From: Vicinamibacterales bacterium
GTDB taxonomy: Bacteria; Acidobacteriota; Vicinamibacteria; Vicinamibacterales; UBA2999
Reading direction: 5' to 3'
DNA: 62,480 nucleotides
Assembly (NCBI GenBank): GCA_050742335.1
Contig: JBOGIR010000122.1
Coordinates: 1-62,480, forward strand
Of this stretch, positions 52,220-61,139 are shown one piece after another; the stretch's first letter is position 1; each line of letters opens with the position of its first letter. A model generated the notes under the pieces. The model saw nothing but the letters and a program-made list of their open reading frames with translations, was not told where the DNA came from and searched no databases. The position numbers and the translations under genes are program-made.

Positions 52220-54997
52220 ATGGCCAGAACAAACCGCCGGGCGGATGCCGAGTGCCAGCGACTGACCGAGGCGCGCGACCCGCAGGTGCCCTGGCGGAAG
52301 TGGGGACCCTACCTGAGCGAACGGCAGTGGGGCACCGTGCGGGAGGACTACAGCGATTCGGGCGACGCCTGGAATTACTTCAGTCACGATCAGGCGCGCT
52401 CCAGGGCCTACCGGTGGGGCGAAGACGGCCTGGCGGGCATCTCGGACGACAGGCAGCTGCTCTGCGTGGCGCTTGCGCTGTGGAACGGCCGCGACCCCAT
52501 CGTCAAGGAGCGCCTGTTCGGCGTGACAAACGGCGAGGGGAACCACGGCGAGGACGTGAAGGAGTACTACTTCTATCTCGATTCGACGCCCACCCACTCG
52601 TACATGAAGTATCTCTACAAGTACCCCCAGTCCGCCTACCCGTACGACGACCTCATCAGCATCAACCGAAGCCGGAGCCGGAGCGAGCTGGAGTACGAGC
52701 TCGCCGACACTGGGGTGTTCGATGAAAATCGCTACTTCGACGTACTGGTGGAATACGCGAAGGCGTCGCCGGAAGACATTCTGATCCGAATCACGGTCAC
52801 CAACCGCGGTCCCGAACCTGCCACGCTGCACGTGCTGCCGACGATCTGGTTCCGCAACGTGTGGTCGGATGCGGAGGACCGTCCACGGCCGACGCTGAAG
52901 CAGGTCGACGCCGGGATCCTCGTGGCGTCGCATCCTGATCTTGGAGAGCGATTCTTCTACGCCGACGGCGCCCCCGCGCTGCTCTTCACCGAGAACGACA
53001 CGAACACCGAACGCCTCTTCCACGTCGCCAACCGCATCCCTTACGTCAAGGACGGGATCAACGACTACCTCGTGCACGGCCACCAGCATGCCGTCAATCC
53101 TGGCCAGATTGGGTCGAAGGCGTCAGCCCACTACCTGCTCACGGTCGGAGCTGGAGCGTCACAGGTGCTTCGGCTGCGAATGTCCGACGAGGCTCCGGCA
53201 GTCAACGCGTCAGCGGCCGCGCGCGGTGGCCCCTTTGGCATCGACTTCGATGCCGCCATGAAGGACCGCCAGCGGGAGGCCGACGAGTTCTACGCCACGG
53301 TTATACCGTCGACGCTCGGAGACGACTCTGCCAACGTGATGCGACAGGCGCTGGCCGGCATGCTCTGGTCCAAGCAGTTCTACTACTACGACGTCGACAA
53401 GTGGCTCGTCGAGCGCGGTGCCGATCCGTTCAAGCCCAGCCGTCGCGCGGCTCCCCGCAATGACCACTGGCATCACATGCAGAATGCGGACATTTTCTCG
53501 ATGCCGGACAAATGGGAGTACCCCTGGTACGCGGCGTGGGATCTGGCCTTCCACGTCCTCGCGCTGACGCTGGTCGACGAAGACTTCGGCAAGCAGCAGC
53601 TCGACCTGATCCTCCGGGAGCGCTACCTGCACCCCAGCGGGCAGATTCCCGCCTACGAATGGAACTTCGGCGACGTCAACCCGCCCGTGCACGCCTGGTC
53701 GACGATCTTCACCTACCGGCTCGAAAAAACCCGGCGAGGGCAGGGCGATCTCGACTGGCTCGAACGGTCCTTCCTCAAGCTCCTGCTCAACTTCACCTGG
53801 TGGGTGAACCGGAAGGACCGTACCGGCAACAACGTCTTCGAGGGCGGCTTCCTGGGGTTGGACAACATCGGCGTGTTCGATCGCAGCGCGCCGCTGCCGA
53901 CCGGCGGGTACCTGGAGCAGGCGGACGGCACGGCCTGGATGGCGCTCTTCTGCCAGAACATGCTCGAGATTTGCGCGCAACTGGCGCTCGACAAGCCCGC
54001 GTACGTCGACATGTGCCTCAAGTTCGTCGAGCACTTCCTCTGGATCGCCTCGTCAATGATGCATGCCGGTGGCGATGTCGGCATGTGGGATGAGGAGGAC
54101 GGGTTCTTCTACGATGTGCTCAGGCTGCCGGACGGCCGGGCGGAACGGTTGAAGGTGCGCTCGATGGTCGGACTGCTGCCTCTGTGTGCCGTGACGGTGT
54201 TCGAGCGCGAGCTTTCCGACAAGTATCCCGATCTCGCCCGCCGCTTCCGTGCGTTCATCGAGGCGCGTCCCGAGCTGACGGCCTTTATCCAGGATCCGGG
54301 CAGACGCGGGGAGGGAGACCGGCTGCTCGCGTCGATTCTGAACGAAACCAAGCTGCGCCGCGTGCTGGCCAGGATGCTCGACGAGAACGAATTCCTCAGC
54401 CCTTACGGCATCCGCTCCATGTCACGGTACCACGCCGATCATCCGTACGTGTTCCGTGTCGGAGAGCAGGAGTATCGCGTGTCGTACCTTCCGGCGGAAT
54501 CGGACACCGGCATGTTCGGCGGCAACTCCAACTGGCGCGGGCCGATATGGATGCCCGTCAACGGGCTGATCATCCGGGCCCTGCTCCATTACTACGCGTA
54601 CTACGGCAACAGCTTCACGGTGGAGTGTCCCACCGGCTCCGGGCGTCAGATGACGTTGTACGAAGTCGCCGAAGAGATCGGGCGACGGCTGGCCAGCATC
54701 TTCCTGAAGGACGGCGAGGGGCGGCGACCGGTTCATGGAGGGGCCCGGACGTTTCAGGAGGACCCCCACTGGCGCGACCTCCTGCTGTTCTATGAGTACT
54801 TCCACGGCGACAACGGCGCGGGCATCGGGGCCAGTCACCAGACCGGATGGACGGGCATCATTGCGCGCAGCATGCACCTGTTTGCGACGACGTCGGCCGA
54901 GCAGATGCTCGAGCTGGGCAAGAAGGCGGGCGTGACGGAGATTCGCAAGGCGGCCGCCAAACGACCGCCCAGAGCCGCCGCAGCCGAGCGAAGTTAG
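52220..54997 (+). CDS. GH63-like / MGH1-like six-hairpin glycoside hydrolase
   Basis: Shows 'WRKWGPYLSERQWGTVREDYS..GDAWNYF' and 'RAYRWGEDGLAGI'. About 925 aa. Assigned from my recollection of this glucosidase family. Confidence 0.6.
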   Translation: MARTNRRADAECQRLTEARDPQVPWRKWGPYLSERQWGTVREDYSDSGDAWNYFSHDQARSRAYRWGEDGLAGISDDRQLLCVALALWNGRDPIVKERLFGVTNGEGNHGEDVKEYYFYLDSTPTHSYMKYLYKYPQSAYPYDDLISINRSRSRSELEYELADTGVFDENRYFDVLVEYAKASPEDILIRITVTNRGPEPATLHVLPTIWFRNVWSDAEDRPRPTLKQVDAGILVASHPDLGERFFYADGAPALLFTENDTNTERLFHVANRIPYVKDGINDYLVHGHQHAVNPGQIGSKASAHYLLTVGAGASQVLRLRMSDEAPAVNASAAARGGPFGIDFDAAMKDRQREADEFYATVIPSTLGDDSANVMRQALAGMLWSKQFYYYDVDKWLVERGADPFKPSRRAAPRNDHWHHMQNADIFSMPDKWEYPWYAAWDLAFHVLALTLVDEDFGKQQLDLILRERYLHPSGQIPAYEWNFGDVNPPVHAWSTIFTYRLEKTRRGQGDLDWLERSFLKLLLNFTWWVNRKDRTGNNVFEGGFLGLDNIGVFDRSAPLPTGGYLEQADGTAWMALFCQNMLEICAQLALDKPAYVDMCLKFVEHFLWIASSMMHAGGDVGMWDEEDGFFYDVLRLPDGRAERLKVRSMVGLLPLCAVTVFERELSDKYPDLARRFRAFIEARPELTAFIQDPGRRGEGDRLLASILNETKLRRVLARMLDENEFLSPYGIRSMSRYHADHPYVFRVGEQEYRVSYLPAESDTGMFGGNSNWRGPIWMPVNGLIIRALLHYYAYYGNSFTVECPTGSGRQMTLYEVAEEIGRRLASIFLKDGEGRRPVHGGARTFQEDPHWRDLLLFYEYFHGDNGAGIGASHQTGWTGIIARSMHLFATTSAEQMLELGKKAGVTEIRKAAAKRPPRAAAAERS

Positions 54998-55015
54998 AAC
55001 CGTTCTCTCTTCGAC

Positions 55016-55090
55016 GGGCCACAGAGTCACAGAGACACGGAGGTCAACAAAAAAAGGATCTCCTTCGTGTCTCCGTGTCTCCGTGGCGCG
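55016..55090. repeat. CACAGAG-type hairpin element (full copy)
   Basis: GGGCCACAGAGTCACAGAGACACGGAGG-tcaacaaaaaaaggat-CTCCTTCGTGTCTCCGTGTCTCCGTGGCGCG. Confidence 0.85.
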
Positions 55091-55124
55091 TGGAAGTGAA
55101 CTCGCCACGTGGGACAATCCTGGC

Positions 55125-55643
55125 ATGCCGTTGAAGTCGATTCGCGCCTGGCTGGGTGTTGACACGTCCGGCACGCACGAGTTTGCGCCGCTCCGCGAGA
55201 CGCTCGAGGCGCTCGATCATCTCGAGCCCGACCGGGCGCGGTATCTCGCGGCGTTTGCGTACATTCTCGGGCGCGTGGCGCATGCCGATCAGCACGTGTC
55301 GACGGACGAAACGCGCGCCATGGAAGCGCTCGTGCGGGAACACGGGCAGCTGTCGCAGGACCAGGCGATGGTCGTCGTGCAGCTGGCGAAGGCCAGCAAC
55401 CTGCTGTTCGGCGGCACGGCGAACTTTCTCGTCGCGCGGGAGTTCTCGACGCTGGCGACCTACGAGCAGAAACTGGCGCTGATGCGGTGCCTGTTCGCGG
55501 TGTCGGCAACCGATCAGGCGATCTCGACGGCCGAAGAAGGCGAGATCCACCGCATCGCGAAAGAGCTTCGCATCGACCATCCGGATCTGGTCGCCCTGCG
55601 CGTCGCGCACCAGCGGCACCTCCCGGGCCTGTCGCGCGGCTGA
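55125..55643 (+). CDS. TerB-like (tellurite-resistance TerB fold) protein
   Basis: Two 'A.AD..vs..E....' helical repeats ('VAHADQHVSTDETRAMEAL', 'VSATDQAISTAEEGEIHRIAKEL'). Confidence 0.55.
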   Translation: MPLKSIRAWLGVDTSGTHEFAPLRETLEALDHLEPDRARYLAAFAYILGRVAHADQHVSTDETRAMEALVREHGQLSQDQAMVVVQLAKASNLLFGGTANFLVAREFSTLATYEQKLALMRCLFAVSATDQAISTAEEGEIHRIAKELRIDHPDLVALRVAHQRHLPGLSRG

Positions 55644-55681
55644 CGCGAGACCCTAGACAGTTCGTGGCGATAGTCGCGGCC

Positions 55682-55708
55682 GGGCCACAGAGGCACAGAG
55701 AAAACATC
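55682..55708. repeat. half-copy (left arm only) of the CACAGAGG hairpin element
   Basis: GGGCCACAGAGGCACAGAGAAAACATC with no right arm. Confidence 0.6.
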
Positions 55709-55726
55709 GACGGGTAGGCGATCGCT

Positions 55727-56101
55727 TTACGCAGGTTTGCCCGCGACGGTCACGATGCGCCAACACGCAACGCATCGAAACGGGGCGAATGCCCTACCAG
55801 GCTTGACGGCCCGGTCGGCGCTGACGACGTTCAAGTGATGACAATGAGGGCAGCGCACCGCAGACGACGTGTCGGCCGCTGCTGCTTTCATCATCTTGCC
55901 CCCTGGTTTGGGCAAGGCGATGAACGCACCTGAGGCACTCCGACGGAGGAAACCTTCCTCGACCAGCGCCTCCAGCGCCGCCAGACACTTCGTTTCATCG
56001 GCGTGCCACAGACGGCATGCCTGCGCGAAGGTGACCTTGAGGCCTGGAAGCTCGCCGAACTCAGCACGGATGCGATCGGTCAGCCTGTCGAGAGAGGGCA
56101 T
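55727..56101 (-). CDS. hypothetical protein with C-terminal zinc-ribbon (CxxC...CxxC)
   Basis: The start gives 'MPSLDRLTDRIRAEF'. Shows 'CPHCHH...CVAC'. The N-terminal half is wHTH-like. Confidence 0.5.
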   Translation of the reverse strand: MPSLDRLTDRIRAEFGELPGLKVTFAQACRLWHADETKCLAALEALVEEGFLRRSASGAFIALPKPGGKMMKAAAADTSSAVRCPHCHHLNVVSADRAVKPGRAFAPFRCVACWRIVTVAGKPA

Positions 56102-56236
56102 GGTGCAACCTCCAGCTGCTGACAGCGCGACTGGGAAGGAAGCGCATCTTACAGTATTCTTCCTGACGAAATCCACCAGGATTCACGCTGATCCACATGT
56201 GACATTGGACTCCTCGCGAACGAAACGGAGGTCGCG

Positions 56237-56713
56237 ATGACATCGATCACGAAACTACTCGCCGGGGCCGTCCTCGTTGTCTTGTTCGTCCTCGCGTGGG
56301 GCGCGCAGACCGACCGGGATGTGGTCGGCGCCCAGACACGCAAGCCAATCATGGTGACGCGGATTTACACAGGCACCGATGGCCAGAGTCATGCGGAAGA
56401 GGTCGAGCTGAACATCACGAACGGCAACGCGTCCGACATGATCAAAGCCACCGGCGTGCAGTTTCGCCGGACGCCGCCCGGGACGTTCAGCGATTGGCAC
56501 GTCGGTCCCCGGCGCCAGTTCGTCATTACGCTCAGTGGCCGGGGAGAGATTGAAGTAGCGGGAGGCAGGAAAATTACCCTCGAATCCGGCCGCATCGAGC
56601 TGATCGAAGACACGACCGGCAAAGGTCACACGACGAGGGCGGTGGGCAGCGAGGATCGGATATCGATCGCCATCCCGATCGCAGATCAGACGCTTGGCGC
56701 GCCCCTTCGGTGA
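56237..56713 (+). CDS. cupin-like small protein with N-terminal TM/signal anchor
   Basis: 'FVITLSGRGEIEVAGGRKITLESGRIELIEDTTGKGHTT' is a cupin beta-barrel-like pattern. Confidence 0.55.
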   Translation: MTSITKLLAGAVLVVLFVLAWGAQTDRDVVGAQTRKPIMVTRIYTGTDGQSHAEEVELNITNGNASDMIKATGVQFRRTPPGTFSDWHVGPRRQFVITLSGRGEIEVAGGRKITLESGRIELIEDTTGKGHTTRAVGSEDRISIAIPIADQTLGAPLR

Positions 56714-56735
56714 GCGAATTTACTGGATCCTGCCG

Positions 56736-56829
56736 CTTAGTCTTTAGTCTCTAGTCTCTGGTCTTTGGTGGTGCTCCGTCAGGTTCAAACCAAAGACCAA
56801 AGACGAAAGACCAAAGACCAAAGACGAAC
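56736..56829. repeat. hairpin element built from GGTCTNT/CAAAGAC 7-mers
   Basis: CTTAGTCTTTAGTCTCTAGTCTCTGGTCTTTGGT ... AAACCAAAGACCAAAGACGAAAGACCAAAGACCAAAGACGAAC. Confidence 0.85.
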
Positions 56830-56846
56830 GAGGCCGCGAAGCCCTT

Positions 56847-57551
56847 TCAGCGCAGGAACCGGATCCGAAGCAGGACCGCATTCCACGGCACGCGCGCCAT
56901 GTCGCGCGCTGTAGAGCCGTGACGGCGCACAGAAAGGCGGCCCAGGCGACCAATCCGTTCCAACAACGGATCCGGACGAGCCTGGGGGACACCTGCCTTC
57001 TGCCAGCGTCTCCAGCTTCGATCGACCACCCATCGTGTGCCGAAGCTGCACCCAAGCCACGCCGTGGCGATCGAGTAATACCCAAGCGCGGCAAGAGCCA
57101 CGCTCGCCCAGACGCTGGCCTGAAGCAGCGACGCCGCTGCGCCAGACAAGACCAGCACGATACCGGCATCGAAGGTCGCCGCCAGCAGCCGATTGCCTGC
57201 CCTGGCGCGCCGGTCCGCCCGATCGTCGCCGAGCGTCATGGCGAGGGCGGGCCGCTCGCTCTCGTCGCCATCGATGACTGGATCGGCGACTGGAGCGTTC
57301 CCTTCCGGAAACAGGCGGAGAAACTCCGACACAGTCGCATCGACGGGTAGGTCTACTGCCCTCAGGTAGTCACGAAGGTAGGAGCGACGGAACAGCCCAG
57401 TCGGCCAACGCGACAGGTCGTTGCGTTCGAGGTCCTTCAAGAACGCCGCTCTGATCTTCGTCGACGCGGCGATCTGTTCGAGCGACACACCTTTCTTCTC
57501 TCGCGCCGCCTTCAGGCGGTTGCAGAAGTTCGCTCGACCTTCCATGGTCAC
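56847..57551 (-). CDS. HTH (RodZ/HTH_25-like) domain protein with C-terminal RDD-like membrane domain
   Basis: Shows 'LKAAREKKGVSLEQIAASTKIRAAFLKDLERND' and a C-terminal 'RLLAATFDAGIVLVL...' region with 2 TM segments. Confidence 0.7.
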   Translation of the reverse strand: MTMEGRANFCNRLKAAREKKGVSLEQIAASTKIRAAFLKDLERNDLSRWPTGLFRRSYLRDYLRAVDLPVDATVSEFLRLFPEGNAPVADPVIDGDESERPALAMTLGDDRADRRARAGNRLLAATFDAGIVLVLSGAAASLLQASVWASVALAALGYYSIATAWLGCSFGTRWVVDRSWRRWQKAGVPQARPDPLLERIGRLGRLSVRRHGSTARDMARVPWNAVLLRIRFLR

Positions 57552-57570
57552 CGATCCATCCTAACGGTCC

Positions 57571-57672
57571 GTGGCACAAGTCCCGGCCGGGCCACAGAGG
57601 CACAGAGGCACAGAGAAACATCTAAAGAAAAACTCTGTGTCTGTGTCTCTCCGTGGCGCTTTGCTGACTTTC
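57571..57672. repeat. CACAGAGG-type hairpin element (full copy with long flank)
   Basis: GTGGCACAAGTCCCGGCCGGGCCACAGAGGCACAGAGGCACAGAG-aaacatctaaagaaaaa-CTCTGTGTCTGTGTCTCTCCGTGGCGC. The flank matches the reverse complement of the 12881 copy. Confidence 0.85.
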
Positions 57673-57916
57673 ACTACAGCCTACTTGCCCCGGGTACTTG
57701 ACGTTCGCCGACGGATGGGCGCACGACCGGCTGCCAGGCCAGGTCGCGCGCCGGTTGAGGCTACGGCTCACTGTCGCGGGATGTTGCGGCTCCAGCAAGA
57801 ATCGGGCTGTTTCAGGTATGCCCATTGGCCGCGCAGATCATGCCGACAAGGAACGCGTGATGAAGATTTTTCTACGAGTTCGTCGGCAACTGCTACACAG
57901 CTCGCAGACACCTTCA

Positions 57917-58085
57917 CCAGAGACCAGAGACCAGAACCGGTTTCATGACCATGTTGGCCGACTTCGCCACGTCGCTCCGCAAACCGGGAACTGACGCTGC
58001 AGAGCACGGTTTGCTTCGGACGTGGCGCAAGTCGGCTTCCGCACCGGGTTATGAAACCGGCTCTAGAGGACCAAGGCCCAGAGCC
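57917..58085. repeat. ~170-nt extended imperfect hairpin (possible structured RNA/MITE) upstream of the second DUF6152-like gene
   Basis: Pairing segments are CCGGTTTCAT/ATGAAACCGG, GGCCGACTTCGCCACGTC/GACGTGGCGCAAGTCGGC and CCGCAAACCG/CGGTTTGC. Outer arms are CCAGAGACCAGAGACC / GGACCAAGGCCCAGAG. Confidence 0.7.
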
Positions 58086-58160
58086 TGATGAACTCACAAT
58101 CGCCCTCTTGACACCGTCGTGACTGCCCGCAATACTCCGCCACGACGTGAGGGCTGGGGC

Positions 58161-58571
58161 ATGATGGTGCGACGGGGAGGGCGTGTGGGACGACCCGCAG
58201 GCATGGGCACGGGCCAAGGCTGGCTGCTGGTGGCACTCTTATTCACCGTTGTCGTTGCGCCGGCCGCGGCGCATCATTCACACTCCATGTTCGACACCAG
58301 CCGGGAAGTACCGATCACGGGGACGGTGACGGACTATTCCTACAGGAATCCGCACGTGTTCCTCTACCTCGACGTCAAAGGCGAGGACGGTCAGGTCGCG
58401 TCGTGGGCCGTCGAGATGTCGAACATTACGAACATGCAGCGGCGCGGCATCCATCGCTCGACGTTCAAGGCGGGCGACATCGTGATGGTGAGGGTCAACC
58501 CGCTGAAGGACGGGCGGCCCGGCGGGAACTACACCTCGGTGACGGCGGCCGACGGCAAGACCTACGAGTGA
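58161..58571 (+). CDS. small secreted protein, DUF6152-like, mature N-terminus His-His
   Basis: Shows '...VVVAPAAA|HHSHSMFD' and 'ITGTVTDYSYRNPHVFLYLDV'. Paralog of the 30148 gene. The start is ambiguous (58119, 58161 or 58203). Confidence 0.8.
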   Translation: MMVRRGGRVGRPAGMGTGQGWLLVALLFTVVVAPAAAHHSHSMFDTSREVPITGTVTDYSYRNPHVFLYLDVKGEDGQVASWAVEMSNITNMQRRGIHRSTFKAGDIVMVRVNPLKDGRPGGNYTSVTAADGKTYE

Positions 58572-58580
58572 GCTGATGCC

Positions 58581-59657
58581 ATGAAGAAACGCCGGACCAG
58601 GCGTGCGGCCGTCGCGGCTCTTGCCTGGAGCCTGTTGCTCGCGACAGCGGCTGCCGCGCAGACAACATTGTTCACAACACAGGATTATCGGCAGGACCAG
58701 GCGCGTTGGACTGACCCCGCGTACTACCTCTACAACACGGCTCGCCAGCTCACCGACATGCAGGTCGACAACCGGTTCGGCCAGAAGGGATCCGGCGCCG
58801 AAAAATACGACATCAGGACACCCTATCCGTTCCGGACCTCGAGGGAGCATTACCAGGCCTGGCGCGAGAAGGCCGAGGGCGGGACGAAGCACACAGCGGC
58901 GACGCTGCCGAACTGGGATGGCGTCTGGACCGGAGGTGGGGCCACCTGGCTCGACAGCGACGACATTCAGGCCAGCACGGTGGCGGCGGCGTTGACGCCC
59001 CAGTACCGCGAGTACTACGTGCAGCAGGCCAAAGCCGAAGCTGAGGGGCGCCATTGGTGGGCCGCCGCGTTCTGCCTGCCCGACGGCTTCATTCGCGGTC
59101 TCTGGCGCACGCCCCAGCAGATGGTCATCCGTCCGAATGAGATCGTGATGCTGACCGACACGCTGGTCTCGACCCAGGTTCGCTGGGTCTACACGGATGC
59201 CCGAGGGCACCGGCCCGAGGACCAGCAGTTTCCCCAGTGGCTCGGCGAGTCGATCGGCTTCTGGGACGGCGCGGCGCTCGTCATCCACACCAATCAGATC
59301 AGACAGTGGAATGCCACCCATTCATTGTTCGAGTGGAGCGATCAGCTGACGGCGGTCGAGCGCTACGAACGCGTCGGGAACGAGATCGTGGGCGAGGTCA
59401 CACTGTACGACCCGGTGGCGTTCCTCCATCCGCTGCACGCCCGCTTCCGGTTCAGGCGGGACGATAAGACCGATCGCATGGTCTACAGTACGTGCACGGA
59501 CACGAACGGACCGTCCAGCAACATCTACGCGCGGCCGAACGGGATCGTCGACGAGCGCGTGCCGGGCGACGCCGGCTATTGGGACCCGAACGACCCGCGG
59601 CCGTGGGCGAAGCACTACGCGATTGGGGAACGATCCCCGAGCCGCACCGGCAGATGA
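58581..59657 (+). CDS. secreted protein, uncharacterised paralog family (divergent copy C1)
   Basis: Lies 9 nt after the DUF6152-like gene. Shows 'FCLPDGFIR', 'WLGESIGFWDGAALVIHTNQIRQW', 'LTAVERYERV' and 'YDPVAFLHPL'. Confidence 0.8.
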   Translation: MKKRRTRRAAVAALAWSLLLATAAAAQTTLFTTQDYRQDQARWTDPAYYLYNTARQLTDMQVDNRFGQKGSGAEKYDIRTPYPFRTSREHYQAWREKAEGGTKHTAATLPNWDGVWTGGGATWLDSDDIQASTVAAALTPQYREYYVQQAKAEAEGRHWWAAAFCLPDGFIRGLWRTPQQMVIRPNEIVMLTDTLVSTQVRWVYTDARGHRPEDQQFPQWLGESIGFWDGAALVIHTNQIRQWNATHSLFEWSDQLTAVERYERVGNEIVGEVTLYDPVAFLHPLHARFRFRRDDKTDRMVYSTCTDTNGPSSNIYARPNGIVDERVPGDAGYWDPNDPRPWAKHYAIGERSPSRTGR

Positions 59658-59662
59658 TCGAT

Positions 59663-59838
59663 TGCGGATTTCAGATCGGTCGATTGCAGATTGTTGTCGA
59701 ATGACGATTTCCTGATTTTCGAAGTGAGTTTCGATTGACTGCGAATTCCCTCAATCGCCAATCAGTTCGAACGATCGTCATTCAGAAATCGTCAACAATC
59801 ATGAATCGAGCACTCATAAATCTGCAATGACCGGCGGT
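59663..59838. mobile_element. ~175-bp low-GC palindromic MITE-like element, copy R1
   Basis: Aligns along its whole length with 60934-61109. Both share an identical 54-bp core, TTCGATTGACTGCGAATTCCCTCAATCGCCAATCAGTTCGAACGATCGTCATTC. The arms are imperfect inverted repeats (CGGTCGATTGCAGATT / AATCTGCAATGACCG). Confidence 0.75.
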
Positions 59839-59858
59839 TTCCCTGACATGCAGCCTGC

Positions 59859-60986
59859 ATGACCCTGACTCCGGGAACGCAGCTCGGACCGTATGAAGTC
59901 GTCGGCGCTCTCGGCGCCGGCGGCATGGGAGAGGTATATCGTGCCCGCGACACGAAGCTGCAGCGGGACGTCGCGCTGAAGGTCCTCCCCGAGAAGTTCG
60001 CCCTCGATCCTGCGCGCCTCGCGCGATTCAGGCGCGAGGCGCAGATCCTCGCCTCGCTCAACCATCCGAACATCGCCGCCATCTATGGACTCGAGGAACA
60101 GCCAGTCGTAGTGTCCGGCTTCCCGCCTCCGCCGAAGGCTCCGGCGAGGCTCGCCGAAGCGCGCGTCGCGCGCGAAGGCGGCAGCCGGACGGTTTGTGCA
60201 CTCGTGCTCGAGTTGGTCGAAGGTCCGACGCTGGCCGACCGCATCACGCAGGGCCCGATCCCGCTCGAAGCGGCGCTGCCGGTCGCCCGCCAGATCGTGG
60301 AGGCGCTCGCCGCCGCCCACGAGAAGGGGGTGATTCATCGCGACCTCAAGCCCGCCAACATCAAGGTGCGCGACGATGGCACGGTCAAGGTGCTCGACTT
60401 TGGTCTGGCGAAGCTGACCGAGCCGGCGGGAACCGACGAAGCGGCCGCCACGCACCTACCGACGATCACGAGCCCGGCGGTGGTGACGGGCGCGGGTGCG
60501 TTGCTCGGCACCGCGGCGTACATGGCGCCCGAGCAGGCAAGAGGGTCTGTGGCCGATCGGCGTGCCGATCTGTGGGCGTTCGGGGTGGTCGTCTGGGAGA
60601 TGCTCACCGGCCGCCGATTGTTCGAGGGCGCCACCGTGTCCGACACGCTTGCCTCTGTGCTGAAGACGGATCCGGATTGGAGCGCTCTGCCGGTGGATAC
60701 ACCGTCGGCCCTCCGGCGGCTCCTGCGGAGGTGCCTGGAAAAAGATCGCAATAGGCGGCTCGATTCTGCGGCAGATGCGAGGATCGAAATCGACGATGCA
60801 GCGAGCCGCGAGTTGGCCGGTGCCGATCCGTCGCAACCGTTTCCGCACCGCCCACGGATCGCCTGGATGTCGGCGCTCGCGCTTGTCATGGTCGTGGGGA
60901 CGGCACTCACCCTGAGTCCCGCGGCGCGCGGAATGCGGATTTCAGAGTGGTCGATGGCAGATCGTTGTCGAGTGACGATTTCATGA
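59859..60986 (+). CDS. Ser/Thr protein kinase, kinase domain + TM only (apparently truncated; 3' end runs into repeat R2)
   Basis: Shows 'LGAGGMGEVYRA', 'HRDLKPANI', 'DFGLAK' and 'YMAPEQ'. One TM segment (MSALALVMVVGTALTL). The last ~18 codons are encoded by R2. Confidence 0.8.
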   Translation: MTLTPGTQLGPYEVVGALGAGGMGEVYRARDTKLQRDVALKVLPEKFALDPARLARFRREAQILASLNHPNIAAIYGLEEQPVVVSGFPPPPKAPARLAEARVAREGGSRTVCALVLELVEGPTLADRITQGPIPLEAALPVARQIVEALAAAHEKGVIHRDLKPANIKVRDDGTVKVLDFGLAKLTEPAGTDEAAATHLPTITSPAVVTGAGALLGTAAYMAPEQARGSVADRRADLWAFGVVVWEMLTGRRLFEGATVSDTLASVLKTDPDWSALPVDTPSALRRLLRRCLEKDRNRRLDSAADARIEIDDAASRELAGADPSQPFPHRPRIAWMSALALVMVVGTALTLSPAARGMRISEWSMADRCRVTIS

Positions 60987-61109
60987 TTGTCGAACTGAGG
61001 TTCGATTGACTGCGAATTCCCTCAATCGCCAATCAGTTCGAACGATCGTCATTCGGAACTCGTCAACAGTCGTCAATCGATCAATCTGAAATCAGCAATG
61101 AGCCGCCGG
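60934..61109. mobile_element. ~175-bp low-GC palindromic MITE-like element, copy R2
   Basis: Same orientation and same 54-bp core as R1. Confidence 0.75.
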
Positions 61110-61139
61110 ATGATAGTAGACTCCCCTTCAGAAGGAGAC

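Noticed and set aside
61098-61139. The track ATG at 61098 as the start of paralog C2.
   Set aside because: This ATG belongs to the conserved end of repeat R2. The equivalent ATG in R1 (59827) opens only an 11-codon ORF. GTG at 61140/61146 follows a GAAGGAGA RBS and directly precedes the signal peptide. The uncertainty is noted in the feature.
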